Below, in pieces: positions 29,432 to 38,544 of a stretch of 64,000 bases of DNA (position 1 is its first letter; the number at the start of each line of letters is the position of its first letter). Location of the stretch: NCBI GenBank assembly GCA_963833575.1, contig CAWHXY010000004.1, forward strand, positions 800,001 through 864,000, in the 5' to 3' direction. The stretch comes from Candidatus Bathyarchaeota archaeon (lineage in GTDB: Archaea > Thermoproteota > Bathyarchaeia > Bathyarchaeales > Bathycorpusculaceae). The position numbers and the translations under genes are program-made. Below the pieces are notes generated by a model. The model was given only the letters and a program-made list of their open reading frames with translations. It had not been told where the DNA came from and searched no databases.

Positions 29432-29785
29432 ATGGAATTCTGCCCTAAATGTGGATCGCGTCTTGAACCAAAGAAATCTAAGAGTGGAAAAGACGCTTCG
29501 TTAGTTCTCGCGTGCCCCAAATGCGGATATAAAAAGCCAGAAGGTGGCGAAGCGGAGACGAAAGTGGCACCGAAAGTTATCCAACATAGTCCCCAGCAAC
29601 TTGTTGCAGTCATCGGCAAAGAAGAGCAGAAATTAAGTACATTACCAACAGTGCGGATCGAATGTCCAAGATGCGGAAACAACAATGCTTATGTTTGGCA
29701 AGTCCAAACGCGGGGAGCGGATGAATCTTCGACTCAGTTTCTACGCTGCACCAAGTGCAATTACACCTTTAGAGAATATAGCTAA
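29432..29785 (+). CDS. tfs: Transcription factor S
   Basis: Two Zn ribbons and QTRGADE. Confidence 0.95.
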   Translation: MEFCPKCGSRLEPKKSKSGKDASLVLACPKCGYKKPEGGEAETKVAPKVIQHSPQQLVAVIGKEEQKLSTLPTVRIECPRCGNNNAYVWQVQTRGADESSTQFLRCTKCNYTFREYS

Positions 29786-29950
29786 ACTTTTTCTTTTTAT
29801 TTCTTAAGTATTCTATTTTGATTCTTGTAGACGCAATATTCTGTTAAGGCGTGGTTTTTGTTCGACTAGAACAACTTATTTATTAGCACAATGTGTAATC
29901 ATAAGCTATATAATTCACAATAATATGCAATATCGAGGAAGAGAAATAAC

Positions 29951-30706
29951 ATGTTCAAGCTTAAAGTGTCTGATGCTAAATTATTAAGAGACATGGCTAC
30001 TGCCATATCAATTCTTGTTGATGAAGCTACATTCAAAATTGACCCTGACGGTTTGAAATTACGCGCAATGGATCCTTCACGCGTTGCCATGATTGATTTT
30101 GAATGGCCAAAAACCATCTTTCAAGAATACATTTCTACAGATCCAACGAAAATGTGCATCAACATAAGCGAACTGCTAAAACTTCTCAAACGTGCTGGAA
30201 GAGATGAAGCAGTTGAGTTATCTCTTGATGATAAAACTGGACGATTACAAATTACAATAACAGGTAAATATAGTCGCAACTTTACGATGCCCACTTTGGA
30301 AGCTTCAGAAGAAGAAGTTCCAACTCCAAAAATAACCTTTAACGTTAAGGCTAAAACTACAACACAAGGCTTAAGCCAAGCCATAGAAGACGCCCAACTA
30401 GTAAGCGATCATGTTCGAATTGAAGCTGAACCTGAAAAACTAACACTTAGCGCTTCGGGCGACTTGATGGGAGCCACTATAACTCTTCAAAAAGGCAATG
30501 ATGCTCTTCTTGATTTAGAAGTAAAAGAAAATGCAAAAGCAACATTCAGTCTAAGCTATCTTTCAGAAATAATTAAGGCTGCATCAGCCACATCTGACAT
30601 TGCAACGCTAGAATTCTCCAGCGATATGCCAGTAAAAATTGATTTTCAACAGACAAAAGAGGGAAGGCTAACTTTCTTCTTGGCGCCAAGAATCGAAACA
30701 GAATAA
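29951..30706 (+). CDS. pcn: Sliding clamp PCNA
   Basis: RAMDPSRVAM, FFLAPRIE. Confidence 0.97.
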   Translation: MFKLKVSDAKLLRDMATAISILVDEATFKIDPDGLKLRAMDPSRVAMIDFEWPKTIFQEYISTDPTKMCINISELLKLLKRAGRDEAVELSLDDKTGRLQITITGKYSRNFTMPTLEASEEEVPTPKITFNVKAKTTTQGLSQAIEDAQLVSDHVRIEAEPEKLTLSASGDLMGATITLQKGNDALLDLEVKENAKATFSLSYLSEIIKAASATSDIATLEFSSDMPVKIDFQQTKEGRLTFFLAPRIETE

Positions 30707-30716
30707 GGGCTTCAAA

Positions 30717-31739
30717 TTGCAAATGGATTCGGCATTATCTTCTGAAGATTTTGCCAAATACCCTTTTTTGAAACACGCCTCAAAACAGATAGAAGAACTC
30801 CAATTTACAATCGGAACGTTGTCTTCAGAAAAACAGGTTTTTGACCGCGCTAAAAATCGCGCTGAAAAAGCTATTTTGGAAACGAGTACTGGTGAAGCCG
30901 TTAGGGATAAAAGAGCTGAAATTTCATCTTTTGCAGCAGCATTAATTTTGATTATTGCGACTAAGAATTCGTGGATAAAAAAAAGATATGCTCTATCTAT
31001 CGCAAAAACGGCGCATATACAGATGCTTGCCGAGAATAAAGGAAAAATTTTTGCTATCGCCCAAGACTTTGGTTGGGATATCGGAGAAGGCGCCTTTGGA
31101 AAGGATTTTCGTATTGGGTTTAGTTTCTACTTGAAGAATGCTGCTCATATGCATGGTTCAGAGTGGAAGCTCGTTAATCAAATCATGGATAAGGGCATGG
31201 TCTTTCTAAATAAAGACAAAATTGTTCGCCTGCTACAAGAAGAAGTAAAGAATCGGGTAGAAAAACGGCTCGACGTTCCAGAAATCAAAAACCTTCCTCC
31301 AGAGATAACTTTGATCGCTGAAGGATTAATAAAATCGGCGCAGACGATAATGGGACAAGAAATTGAAGACATACCCAAAGTAGTCGTGCAAGCAGCTTTT
31401 CCGCCCTGTATTAACGCAATTTACGAGGCGGCATCTGTAACCCATCATCTTTCCCAAATGGAACGTTTTACACTGACGTCCTTTCTTTTAAACATTGGAA
31501 TGTCTTCGGAAAAAGTGAGTGAACTCTATAAGAGTTTTTCAGACTATAATGAAAGGTTAACTCGGTATCAAATTGAACATATTGCAGGAGAGCGGGGTTC
31601 TGGAACACGATATACTCCTCCACAATGCTCTATTTTGCAAACGCATGGCCTCTGTAAAGGCAGGGATGATCTGTGCCATCGAATTTATCATCCGCTTGCT
31701 TATTATAAGCGAAAACAACTCCTGGCAGGAGCTAATTAG
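30717..31739 (+). CDS. priL: DNA primase large subunit
   Basis: AKYPF, FPPCI, YQIEHI, Fe-S cysteines and HPL. Confidence 0.93.
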   Translation: MQMDSALSSEDFAKYPFLKHASKQIEELQFTIGTLSSEKQVFDRAKNRAEKAILETSTGEAVRDKRAEISSFAAALILIIATKNSWIKKRYALSIAKTAHIQMLAENKGKIFAIAQDFGWDIGEGAFGKDFRIGFSFYLKNAAHMHGSEWKLVNQIMDKGMVFLNKDKIVRLLQEEVKNRVEKRLDVPEIKNLPPEITLIAEGLIKSAQTIMGQEIEDIPKVVVQAAFPPCINAIYEAASVTHHLSQMERFTLTSFLLNIGMSSEKVSELYKSFSDYNERLTRYQIEHIAGERGSGTRYTPPQCSILQTHGLCKGRDDLCHRIYHPLAYYKRKQLLAGAN

Positions 31740-31785
31740 TTAACATTTATTAATTGAACGCCACAGTAAAATAAATAGAATTCAT

Positions 31786-32529
31786 ATGAATTATCAATTA
31801 ATTGGAAATGATCAGCTTAGCTCACAGATTGGGATAATCTTACCCACTTATCGAGAAGAGGAGAACATTTCCAAACTAATTGAAGCCATTGAAAACTTAA
31901 AAATTGATGCTTCAATTCTTGTTATTGACGATTCAAGCCCTGATGGAACTGCTGAAATCGTAAAGGAAAAACAATGCAAATACAACAATATCCGTTTAAT
32001 GATCAGGCCTAAGAAAAGTGGTTTAGGTACAGCCATTACTGATGGCTTTAGATTCTTTTTATCACTAAAACAAATGCCAAAATATGTTATGACCATGGAT
32101 GCTGATTACTCGCATAATCCTCAGGATATTCCAAGGCTGCTCTCAACCATGTATGCAAATGATTGCGCGATAGTAATTGGCAGCCGATATGTTAAAGGTG
32201 GAAAAATAGAAGGTTGGCCTTTCACTAGAAAAATAATTAGCCGAACAGCTAACTCCATAGCAAAATTTTCGCTTAGTCTAAAGCCCCTTGATTGTACAAG
32301 TGGCTTTCGCTGTTACTCAACCAAGTTCTTAACAGAAGCTATCAGCAATCTTCACAGTCACACTTACGAAATCCAAATAGAAACCATAAGACAAGCATCT
32401 CTCAGAAATTTCAACATGAAAGAGACTCCTGTCTTATTTGTTAACAGAAAAAGCGGAAAATCAAAACTCACATCAACTGAAATCCGAAGCTACCTGACCT
32501 ACACATTAAAGGCAATCTCTCGTTCATAA
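31786..32529 (+). CDS. GT2 polyprenol-phosphate glycosyltransferase (DPM1-like)
   Basis: ILPTYREEENI, IDDSSPDGT, MDADYSHNP, DCTSGFRCY. Confidence 0.9.
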   Translation: MNYQLIGNDQLSSQIGIILPTYREEENISKLIEAIENLKIDASILVIDDSSPDGTAEIVKEKQCKYNNIRLMIRPKKSGLGTAITDGFRFFLSLKQMPKYVMTMDADYSHNPQDIPRLLSTMYANDCAIVIGSRYVKGGKIEGWPFTRKIISRTANSIAKFSLSLKPLDCTSGFRCYSTKFLTEAISNLHSHTYEIQIETIRQASLRNFNMKETPVLFVNRKSGKSKLTSTEIRSYLTYTLKAISRS

Positions 32530-32731
32530 TTGTACTTTTTTCAGATTGTTTCAGCTCAACAATGGTTACCTTTTGTGATTATAGTACTTTCGTTTACCCA
32601 AGTCTCATAGTTTATTGCATATTTTTTGGAGGTTTGACCATTATAGTGCATTTTCTCTTATGTCCGGTATATAGTTAAATTTAGGAAAAGCAATTATTAA
32701 AATAACTTATTTAAAGAGGGAGCAACGAAAA

Positions 32732-33955
32732 ATGGAGGTTTCTCGAGACTTCGTTTATCAAAAATTCTGCGATTACTACCGAGATCCCTCCACAGTTATA
32801 CCTGCACCAGTTTCAAGTAGCCAAAGAGAGTTTGCCTATCTGCTTTTCAAAGAACGATTTATGGTTAGACACAAAAGATTTGAGAAAATTGAAAACTTAC
32901 GGTCAGTGCTAAATGAAACTATCCCATCAGACGTTTATCACTCGTGCGCGTATTATGAAAACCCAGATTTCGACATGAACAAAAAAGGTTGGCTAGGCGC
33001 CGACTTAGTCTTCGACATAGATGCGGACCATATTCCCACAACCTGTGACAAAATCCATGACGAATTCACATGTGTAAGATGCGGATTCAAAGTCAGAGGA
33101 ATAACTCCAGAAACTTGTCCCGCTTGTGAAGCGACAAAATTTGAAGCCAAAACCTGGCCTTGCGAAATATGCATAAAATCTGCCAGAGATGAAACCGCCA
33201 AACTGATTGATATGCTGGAAAATGATTTTGGCTTTTCTCTAGATGAGTTACACGTGTTTTTTTCCGGGCATAGAGGATACCATGTCCATGTCGAGGAAGA
33301 ATCAGTGAGGTCATTAGATGCCATGGCAAGAAAGGAAATAGTTGATTATGTCACTGGATTAGGCTTATCTTTGTTTGACAAAGATGCTAGGTCAAAACCT
33401 GGCAAGCGTGCTACTCAAAAATTTAGTTTACACAATTTTGGATGGAACAGACGACTAAAATTAGGAATGCAAAATTTTCTGTTAAACGCCACGAAGGAAG
33501 ACCTGAAAAAAATAGGTTTAAGAAATAACGCAGTTCTAAAAAATAAGGAAATTATTATTAAACGCTGTATAAATGAGGGCCGATGGGACAGCGTTAAGGA
33601 CATAAGCATTCAAACGTGGCTAAAACTTGCTGATCATATACGCGAACTGCAATCAGCTAATATAGATACGGTTGTTACAACTGATGTGCACCGGCTTATC
33701 AGGATGAATGGTACTTTGCATGGCAAAACAGGATTGAAAAAAGTTGAGTTCCCAGCTAAAAATCTGGAGGATTTCGATCCTTTTACTGGAGCGGTAGCTT
33801 TTAAAAAGGGCGCTGTAAAGGTGTTGGTCTCTGATGCGCCGATGTTTAAGTTGGGTGGAGAAACTTTGGGTCCATACAAGGATGAGACAATAGAATTGCC
33901 TGTTGCGGCAGCGGTTATGCTTATTTGTAAGGGTAGAGCAAAGGTGGCGAATTGA
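32732..33955 (+). CDS. priS: DNA primase catalytic subunit
   Basis: LVFDIDAD, FSGHRGYH, IDTVVTTDVHRLIR. Confidence 0.95.
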   Translation: MEVSRDFVYQKFCDYYRDPSTVIPAPVSSSQREFAYLLFKERFMVRHKRFEKIENLRSVLNETIPSDVYHSCAYYENPDFDMNKKGWLGADLVFDIDADHIPTTCDKIHDEFTCVRCGFKVRGITPETCPACEATKFEAKTWPCEICIKSARDETAKLIDMLENDFGFSLDELHVFFSGHRGYHVHVEEESVRSLDAMARKEIVDYVTGLGLSLFDKDARSKPGKRATQKFSLHNFGWNRRLKLGMQNFLLNATKEDLKKIGLRNNAVLKNKEIIIKRCINEGRWDSVKDISIQTWLKLADHIRELQSANIDTVVTTDVHRLIRMNGTLHGKTGLKKVEFPAKNLEDFDPFTGAVAFKKGAVKVLVSDAPMFKLGGETLGPYKDETIELPVAAAVMLICKGRAKVAN

Positions 33956-34558
33956 ATGTATAATGAACTTTATGCAGCATGGCAAAGAGAAATCGAAGAA
34001 AGATCGCTTGGAGGTTTACCACCTGACTTCTACGCTAGAATAGCCGATTACCTGCGACACATAAACGAAGAGAACAAAATGCTTGACAAAAAATCCATCA
34101 AAGTAAACCTGTTAGACCATGAAGCTCAGAACGTTAAGCGGATGCTTGAGGAACTGCTTTGGGCAAGATACAGGAAACTTGTTAAAACCATCACTCAAAG
34201 CAAGAAGTTGCCATCTGACTTGTTAACGGTTGAAGAAACCAAGATGTGTGAAAGTTTTGTCGCCTTCGCTGATGTATACCAAAGGTTCGCTAGAGACATC
34301 CTTCAAGGGCAAATCATCAAAGTGGCAGTTGTCGCCGCCATTGACTCGAAGGCAGACTTGAAGATAGAATCCAAAGTGGAAACTCCAGTTACTCATAAGC
34401 GAGTAGCTTTACGATTCATAAAGAATATTCCAACTATCATTGGGGCCGATATGAAGACTTATGGTCCATTCGTAGTTGAGGATGTTGCTTCTTTACCTGT
34501 TGAGAATGCTAAAATGTTAGTTAAACAGGGTTTAGCTGTGTCGATTGAGGTTTCATAG
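33956..34558 (+). CDS. gins15: GINS subunit Gins15 (Gins51)
   Basis: LPPDFY, IIGADMKTYGPF B-domain; follows priS. Confidence 0.85.
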   Translation: MYNELYAAWQREIEERSLGGLPPDFYARIADYLRHINEENKMLDKKSIKVNLLDHEAQNVKRMLEELLWARYRKLVKTITQSKKLPSDLLTVEETKMCESFVAFADVYQRFARDILQGQIIKVAVVAAIDSKADLKIESKVETPVTHKRVALRFIKNIPTIIGADMKTYGPFVVEDVASLPVENAKMLVKQGLAVSIEVS

Positions 34559-35603
34559 CGTTATCTATGATAGAATCGACTTTCTTTGTCTTTATCTTCC
34601 GCCATAAACCTTGACTCACAAGAATAATTAGTGGATAACAAACAATCCAGATAATCGCATATATGGGGCCGTAGTAGTAATGGAATGTTTGCACTTGGGC
34701 CGAGTCTATGCCATATTCTGTACCAATTGTAAAGATTGTGACTATTCGCAAGACGTTTATGAAGTAAGTAACCCCTGCTCCGAAGGCGAAGTATCCCACC
34801 TTAGCTTTCCAAGAGATTGGCATCCGCTGCAAAAACAGCAAAGTAACAGCCGTGAAAATTAGAAGACTTTCAATGCCTGCACAAGGCCAAGCTATCGCAA
34901 ATTTAGCTGTTCCTAATGATCCTGTTACTTGCAAGGTTGGCATGCCATTTTCTGTTCCAGTCAAAACGGCGTATCCCATTAAGCCCAGAACAAAAGCTGC
35001 AAGGGTGGCAGTTGTTGGAACTAATAGTTGAAATGGAGTAAATTGGCCATAAGGAAATATATTATCAATGGCATAAATTACCCCGACTAAACAGACAAAT
35101 AACGCAGGTAATGCAAAACCAGTCAAACCCTTTTTTCCAAAAAATAAGAAAGTGATTAAAAGGCAGAGAACTGAGAAAACAAGGTACTCCATCGCAATCG
35201 GCATGGACAAGAAGAAGGTAATCCCGATTTGTTTGGATGCATTTGCAATCGTCCAGTTTAGACCAAAATAATACTCCGAAATTACATACAACGTTGGAAG
35301 CAACAAGGCAACGGCGACTGCGATAAGTCCTGCCTTGTTTTGTTTGTTAATTTTCAGCTGAATATTTTCCCAGCTGAGAATGAACTCTAATGCTATTAAC
35401 CAAATAAAGAACAATTCGAAGGTTCTGCCCTTCCACATTAATTGAAACGAAAACTGGGAACTTGGTCCAAGGTATGGATCAGGCAGATTTAGCCAATACA
35501 GCAAAGCCAGCGGAACAACGAACGCAAATAACGGAAGCATTTTTATGAAGAATGCTGAGTGACTTTTGATTTTCATAAAAAGTTGCGATGTCAATGCATT
35601 CAT
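34521..35603 (-). CDS. Archaeosortase/exosortase family protein
   Basis: Multi-TM; catalytic Cys in IAWPCAGIES, Arg in INVLRI, His in FHYYYG. Confidence 0.85.
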   Translation of the reverse strand: MNALTSQLFMKIKSHSAFFIKMLPLFAFVVPLALLYWLNLPDPYLGPSSQFSFQLMWKGRTFELFFIWLIALEFILSWENIQLKINKQNKAGLIAVAVALLLPTLYVISEYYFGLNWTIANASKQIGITFFLSMPIAMEYLVFSVLCLLITFLFFGKKGLTGFALPALFVCLVGVIYAIDNIFPYGQFTPFQLLVPTTATLAAFVLGLMGYAVLTGTENGMPTLQVTGSLGTAKFAIAWPCAGIESLLIFTAVTLLFLQRMPISWKAKVGYFAFGAGVTYFINVLRIVTIFTIGTEYGIDSAQVQTFHYYYGPIYAIIWIVCYPLIILVSQGLWRKIKTKKVDSIIDNAMKPQSTQLNPV

Positions 35604-35822
35604 ACCTGCAGACTAGATATGATGTAACATTACTTTCAGTTTAAAAAAGGCTATGGCTTTTTGTCAAATAACGGGTTACTGAGAGCATCCACCAGAATTA
35701 TGATGGATAAATAAGCTTTGTAGATTCGATGGACGGTAGTTCAATGGGTGAATGCCTCGAGTTTTTATCTCATAAGTGAAAAAGTATAAGAATGCGTATG
35801 TTTCTTCTATGCAAAGCTGGTC

Positions 35823-36107
35823 GTGAAGAACGTGAACGTTCCCAAAGAAGTTAAAACTTACTGTCCAAAATGTAAAGCTCATCAGATTCACAGTGTAACC
35901 CTTTACAAGCCTGGGAAGCGCAGAGCGTTAGCTCACGGTGAGCGTGCCCATGCTAGAGAAAAAGAGGGTTACGGCGGACAAAAATATGCACTTCAAAGAG
36001 AATTTGCTAAAACAACTAAGAAACAAACCTTGCGCCTTAAGTGCAAAGTCTGCAATTTCATGAGGCACAAGGATGGTATTCGACTAAGAAAACTAGTTAT
36101 ACAATAA
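35823..36107 (+). CDS. rpl44e: 50S ribosomal protein eL42 (L44e)
   Basis: TYCPKC, GYGGQK, AKTTKK. Confidence 0.96.
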   Translation: MKNVNVPKEVKTYCPKCKAHQIHSVTLYKPGKRRALAHGERAHAREKEGYGGQKYALQREFAKTTKKQTLRLKCKVCNFMRHKDGIRLRKLVIQ

Positions 36108-36121
36108 TGGAGAAAACTGTT

Positions 36122-36319
36122 ATGTCTGAATGGAGTAAACTTATTCCGAAACCACGAAGCGTCTTCCTTAGAGTTAAATGTCCAAAATGTGGTAACGAAC
36201 AATTGGTCTTCAGCAATGCTGTTAACAAAATTAACTGCAACGTTTGTGGGGAAACCTTAGCCGAACCTTCTGGTGGAAGGGCAAAAATCAAAGGCGACGT
36301 ACAAGCAGTTCTTGAATAA
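36122..36319 (+). CDS. rps27e: 30S ribosomal protein eS27
   Basis: PRSVFLRVKCPKCGNEQ...CNVCG...PSGGRA. Confidence 0.96.
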   Translation: MSEWSKLIPKPRSVFLRVKCPKCGNEQLVFSNAVNKINCNVCGETLAEPSGGRAKIKGDVQAVLE

Positions 36320-36335
36320 GGGATGAAGTAACTTA

Positions 36336-36500
36336 ATGGCTGAGCGTAAGCCCGAGTGGCGAGAAGCCGGCAACTTAACAATAACCAGTATGAAAACATT
36401 CACTGACTTCGGCGCTTATAGTGAACTTGACGAAAATAATAAATACATTTTAGTCGCCAACAAAGCATGTGGGCAAGACATTTTCAGAAGGGAAGATTAA
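36336..36500 (+). pseudogene. eif2a: Internally deleted, degenerate aIF2-alpha remnant (54 codons)
   Basis: MAERKPEWREAGNL...TDFGAYSELDE matches the aIF2-alpha S1 start pattern (WPExGxLV...xxYGAYxxLDEY); lies exactly between rps27e and nop10. Confidence 0.8.
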
Positions 36501-36668
36501 ATGGTATGGCAACTGCGCAAATGCGTAAACTGCGAAAAATACACTCTGCAGAAGGATAAATGCCCTTTCTGTGGAGGACCAGTTAGGATTCCACATCCGC
36601 CGAAATTTTCTCCTGATGACAAATATCTAAAATATCGAATGGCTATGAAAAAGAGTTGTACTGAATGA
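36501..36668 (+). CDS. nop10: H/ACA RNP protein Nop10 (not in ORF track)
   Basis: MVWQLRKCVNCEKYTLQKDKCPFCGG...PHPPKFSPDDKY; 55 aa. Confidence 0.95.
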   Translation: MVWQLRKCVNCEKYTLQKDKCPFCGGPVRIPHPPKFSPDDKYLKYRMAMKKSCTE

Positions 36669-37438
36669 AAGAAACCTACATTAAAGAATTCATGGAAATT
36701 GAGCCAAACAATCCTGTTCTTATCGAGGGTCTCCCAGGTTTAGGCCTTGTGGGCAAAATTGCACTTCGTTACCTGATTAAACAATTAAAGGCCAAGAAAA
36801 TTGCTTATCTTTACTCGCCTCATTTTCCTTACTTCGTCTTAGTTAACAAAAAGGGCAACGTTCGTCTATTAAGAGGGGCATTTTACTTTTACAAAAATCC
36901 AACTGGATCAAACGATATAATCTTGTTCACCGGAGATAGCCAATCACAAACAATTGAAGGCCAATACGAAATTGCTGATCGCATCCTTGATTTCTCAGAA
37001 AAATACGGCGTAAAAACCATAGCGACCATTGGAGGGTACCGAATGGAGCCACAAGAAAAACCCAAAGTTTTCATCGCTGCAACATCACAGGAGGTATTGG
37101 ACAAAGCTTTGCAAGCAGGCGCAACCTTGAGCACTTCAGGAAGCCCCATTGTTGGCACAGCAGGATTAATTCTTGGTCTAGCCAAATTCAAAAAAATAAG
37201 CGCTCTTTGCCTCCTTGGTGAAACACGAGGTTATCTGCCTGATCCTCTTGCGGCAAAAAGCATTTTAGAAGTCTTAAAATCTACTTTTAACTTCGACTTA
37301 GACTTAACCGGATTAAACGAAGAAATTACTCGGGCAGAAACAATGGTGGCTCGTCTACAGCAAATTGAAGAAAAGCGTGCTTTGCAAGCAGAAGAAACAC
37401 GTAAAGAAGATGATAAGAAAACCACTTACATTTCTTAA
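36665..37438 (+). CDS. PAC2-family proteasome assembly chaperone
   Basis: LIEGLPGLGLVGK, LLGETRGY..DP; follows nop10. Confidence 0.9.
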   Translation: MKETYIKEFMEIEPNNPVLIEGLPGLGLVGKIALRYLIKQLKAKKIAYLYSPHFPYFVLVNKKGNVRLLRGAFYFYKNPTGSNDIILFTGDSQSQTIEGQYEIADRILDFSEKYGVKTIATIGGYRMEPQEKPKVFIAATSQEVLDKALQAGATLSTSGSPIVGTAGLILGLAKFKKISALCLLGETRGYLPDPLAAKSILEVLKSTFNFDLDLTGLNEEITRAETMVARLQQIEEKRALQAEETRKEDDKKTTYIS

Positions 37439-38526
37439 GTGGCAAAGCTTTTCTTTATTATTTCGAGAATTTTTTGGGCTGCAGTACCATCTCCGAAGGG
37501 TGAAGTAAACGGCAAACTCGTTTTCTTTTCTACAGCTTCTTCTATAGCTACTAAAATGTCTTTCTTATCAGTTCCAACGACTTTGGCGAATCCTGCTTCC
37601 ACTGCCTCTATTCTTTCAGTTGACAAACGCATTACTATAACTGGTTTCCTTATGTTTGGAGCGGTTGCTTCCTCTTGGATACCGCCTGAATCGGTGATTA
37701 ATAGTTTACAGTTTTTCAACAAGACCAAAAAATCCAAATATCCTTGGGGTGGAAGTATTAGCAGATTTTTTAGCGCTTCCATTTTCGTTAGTAAGTTGTT
37801 TTGTTGAAGTTGTTTTCGTGTTCTCGGATGCATCGGGTAAACAAAGGGGATGGGTGATTTCGAGAAAATGTAAATCAAAGATTCAAGAAAGGATGGGTCA
37901 TCAACATTTTCTGCTCTGTGCGCAGTTGTTAAGGCGAATGTTTCAAACGGAATTGTTTTCATGATTGATGATTTTTTTTCGGCGATTGTTAAATTTTCAA
38001 TTACGGCGTCAATTGCTGTGTTTCCAGTTAGGTAGATTTTGCCCCAGACATTTTCTTTTATAAGATTTGCTTTTGCTCGTTCGGTAGGTGCAAATAAGTA
38101 CTCAGATATGTGGTCGGTTAAGCGTCGGTTATGTTCTTCAGGCATGCGAAGATCAAAGCTTCTTAAACCAGCTTCTACATGGCCAATAGGTATCGTTTGT
38201 TTATTGGCCGCTAAAGCTGTTGCCAAAACACTATTTGTATCGCCTTCAACCAGAACTATTGAGGGTTTGATCTTTTCCAGCAACTGGTTCATTTTCGCCA
38301 TTATTTCTGCTGTTTGAGATCCTGGGGACGAGGCTTTAATTTTAAAAGAGAAGTCTGGTGGTGGCAATTCGAGGTTTTCGATGAATTGCTGAGACATGTT
38401 GTAATCATAGTGTTGACCGCAGTGGACAAATACTGATTTCATTTTTGTCTTGTTTAAGGCTCTGATTACCGGAGCCATTTTGATTATTTCAGGTCTTGTC
38501 CCTGCAACTACTAGTATTGGGTTCAC
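37435..38526 (-). CDS. wecB: UDP-N-acetylglucosamine 2-epimerase
   Basis: GTRPEIIK, HVEAGLRS, TDSGGIQEE. Confidence 0.95.
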   Translation of the reverse strand: MNPILVVAGTRPEIIKMAPVIRALNKTKMKSVFVHCGQHYDYNMSQQFIENLELPPPDFSFKIKASSPGSQTAEIMAKMNQLLEKIKPSIVLVEGDTNSVLATALAANKQTIPIGHVEAGLRSFDLRMPEEHNRRLTDHISEYLFAPTERAKANLIKENVWGKIYLTGNTAIDAVIENLTIAEKKSSIMKTIPFETFALTTAHRAENVDDPSFLESLIYIFSKSPIPFVYPMHPRTRKQLQQNNLLTKMEALKNLLILPPQGYLDFLVLLKNCKLLITDSGGIQEEATAPNIRKPVIVMRLSTERIEAVEAGFAKVVGTDKKDILVAIEEAVEKKTSLPFTSPFGDGTAAQKILEIIKKSFAT

Positions 38527-38544
38527 GGCGACTTCTCATTTCGG

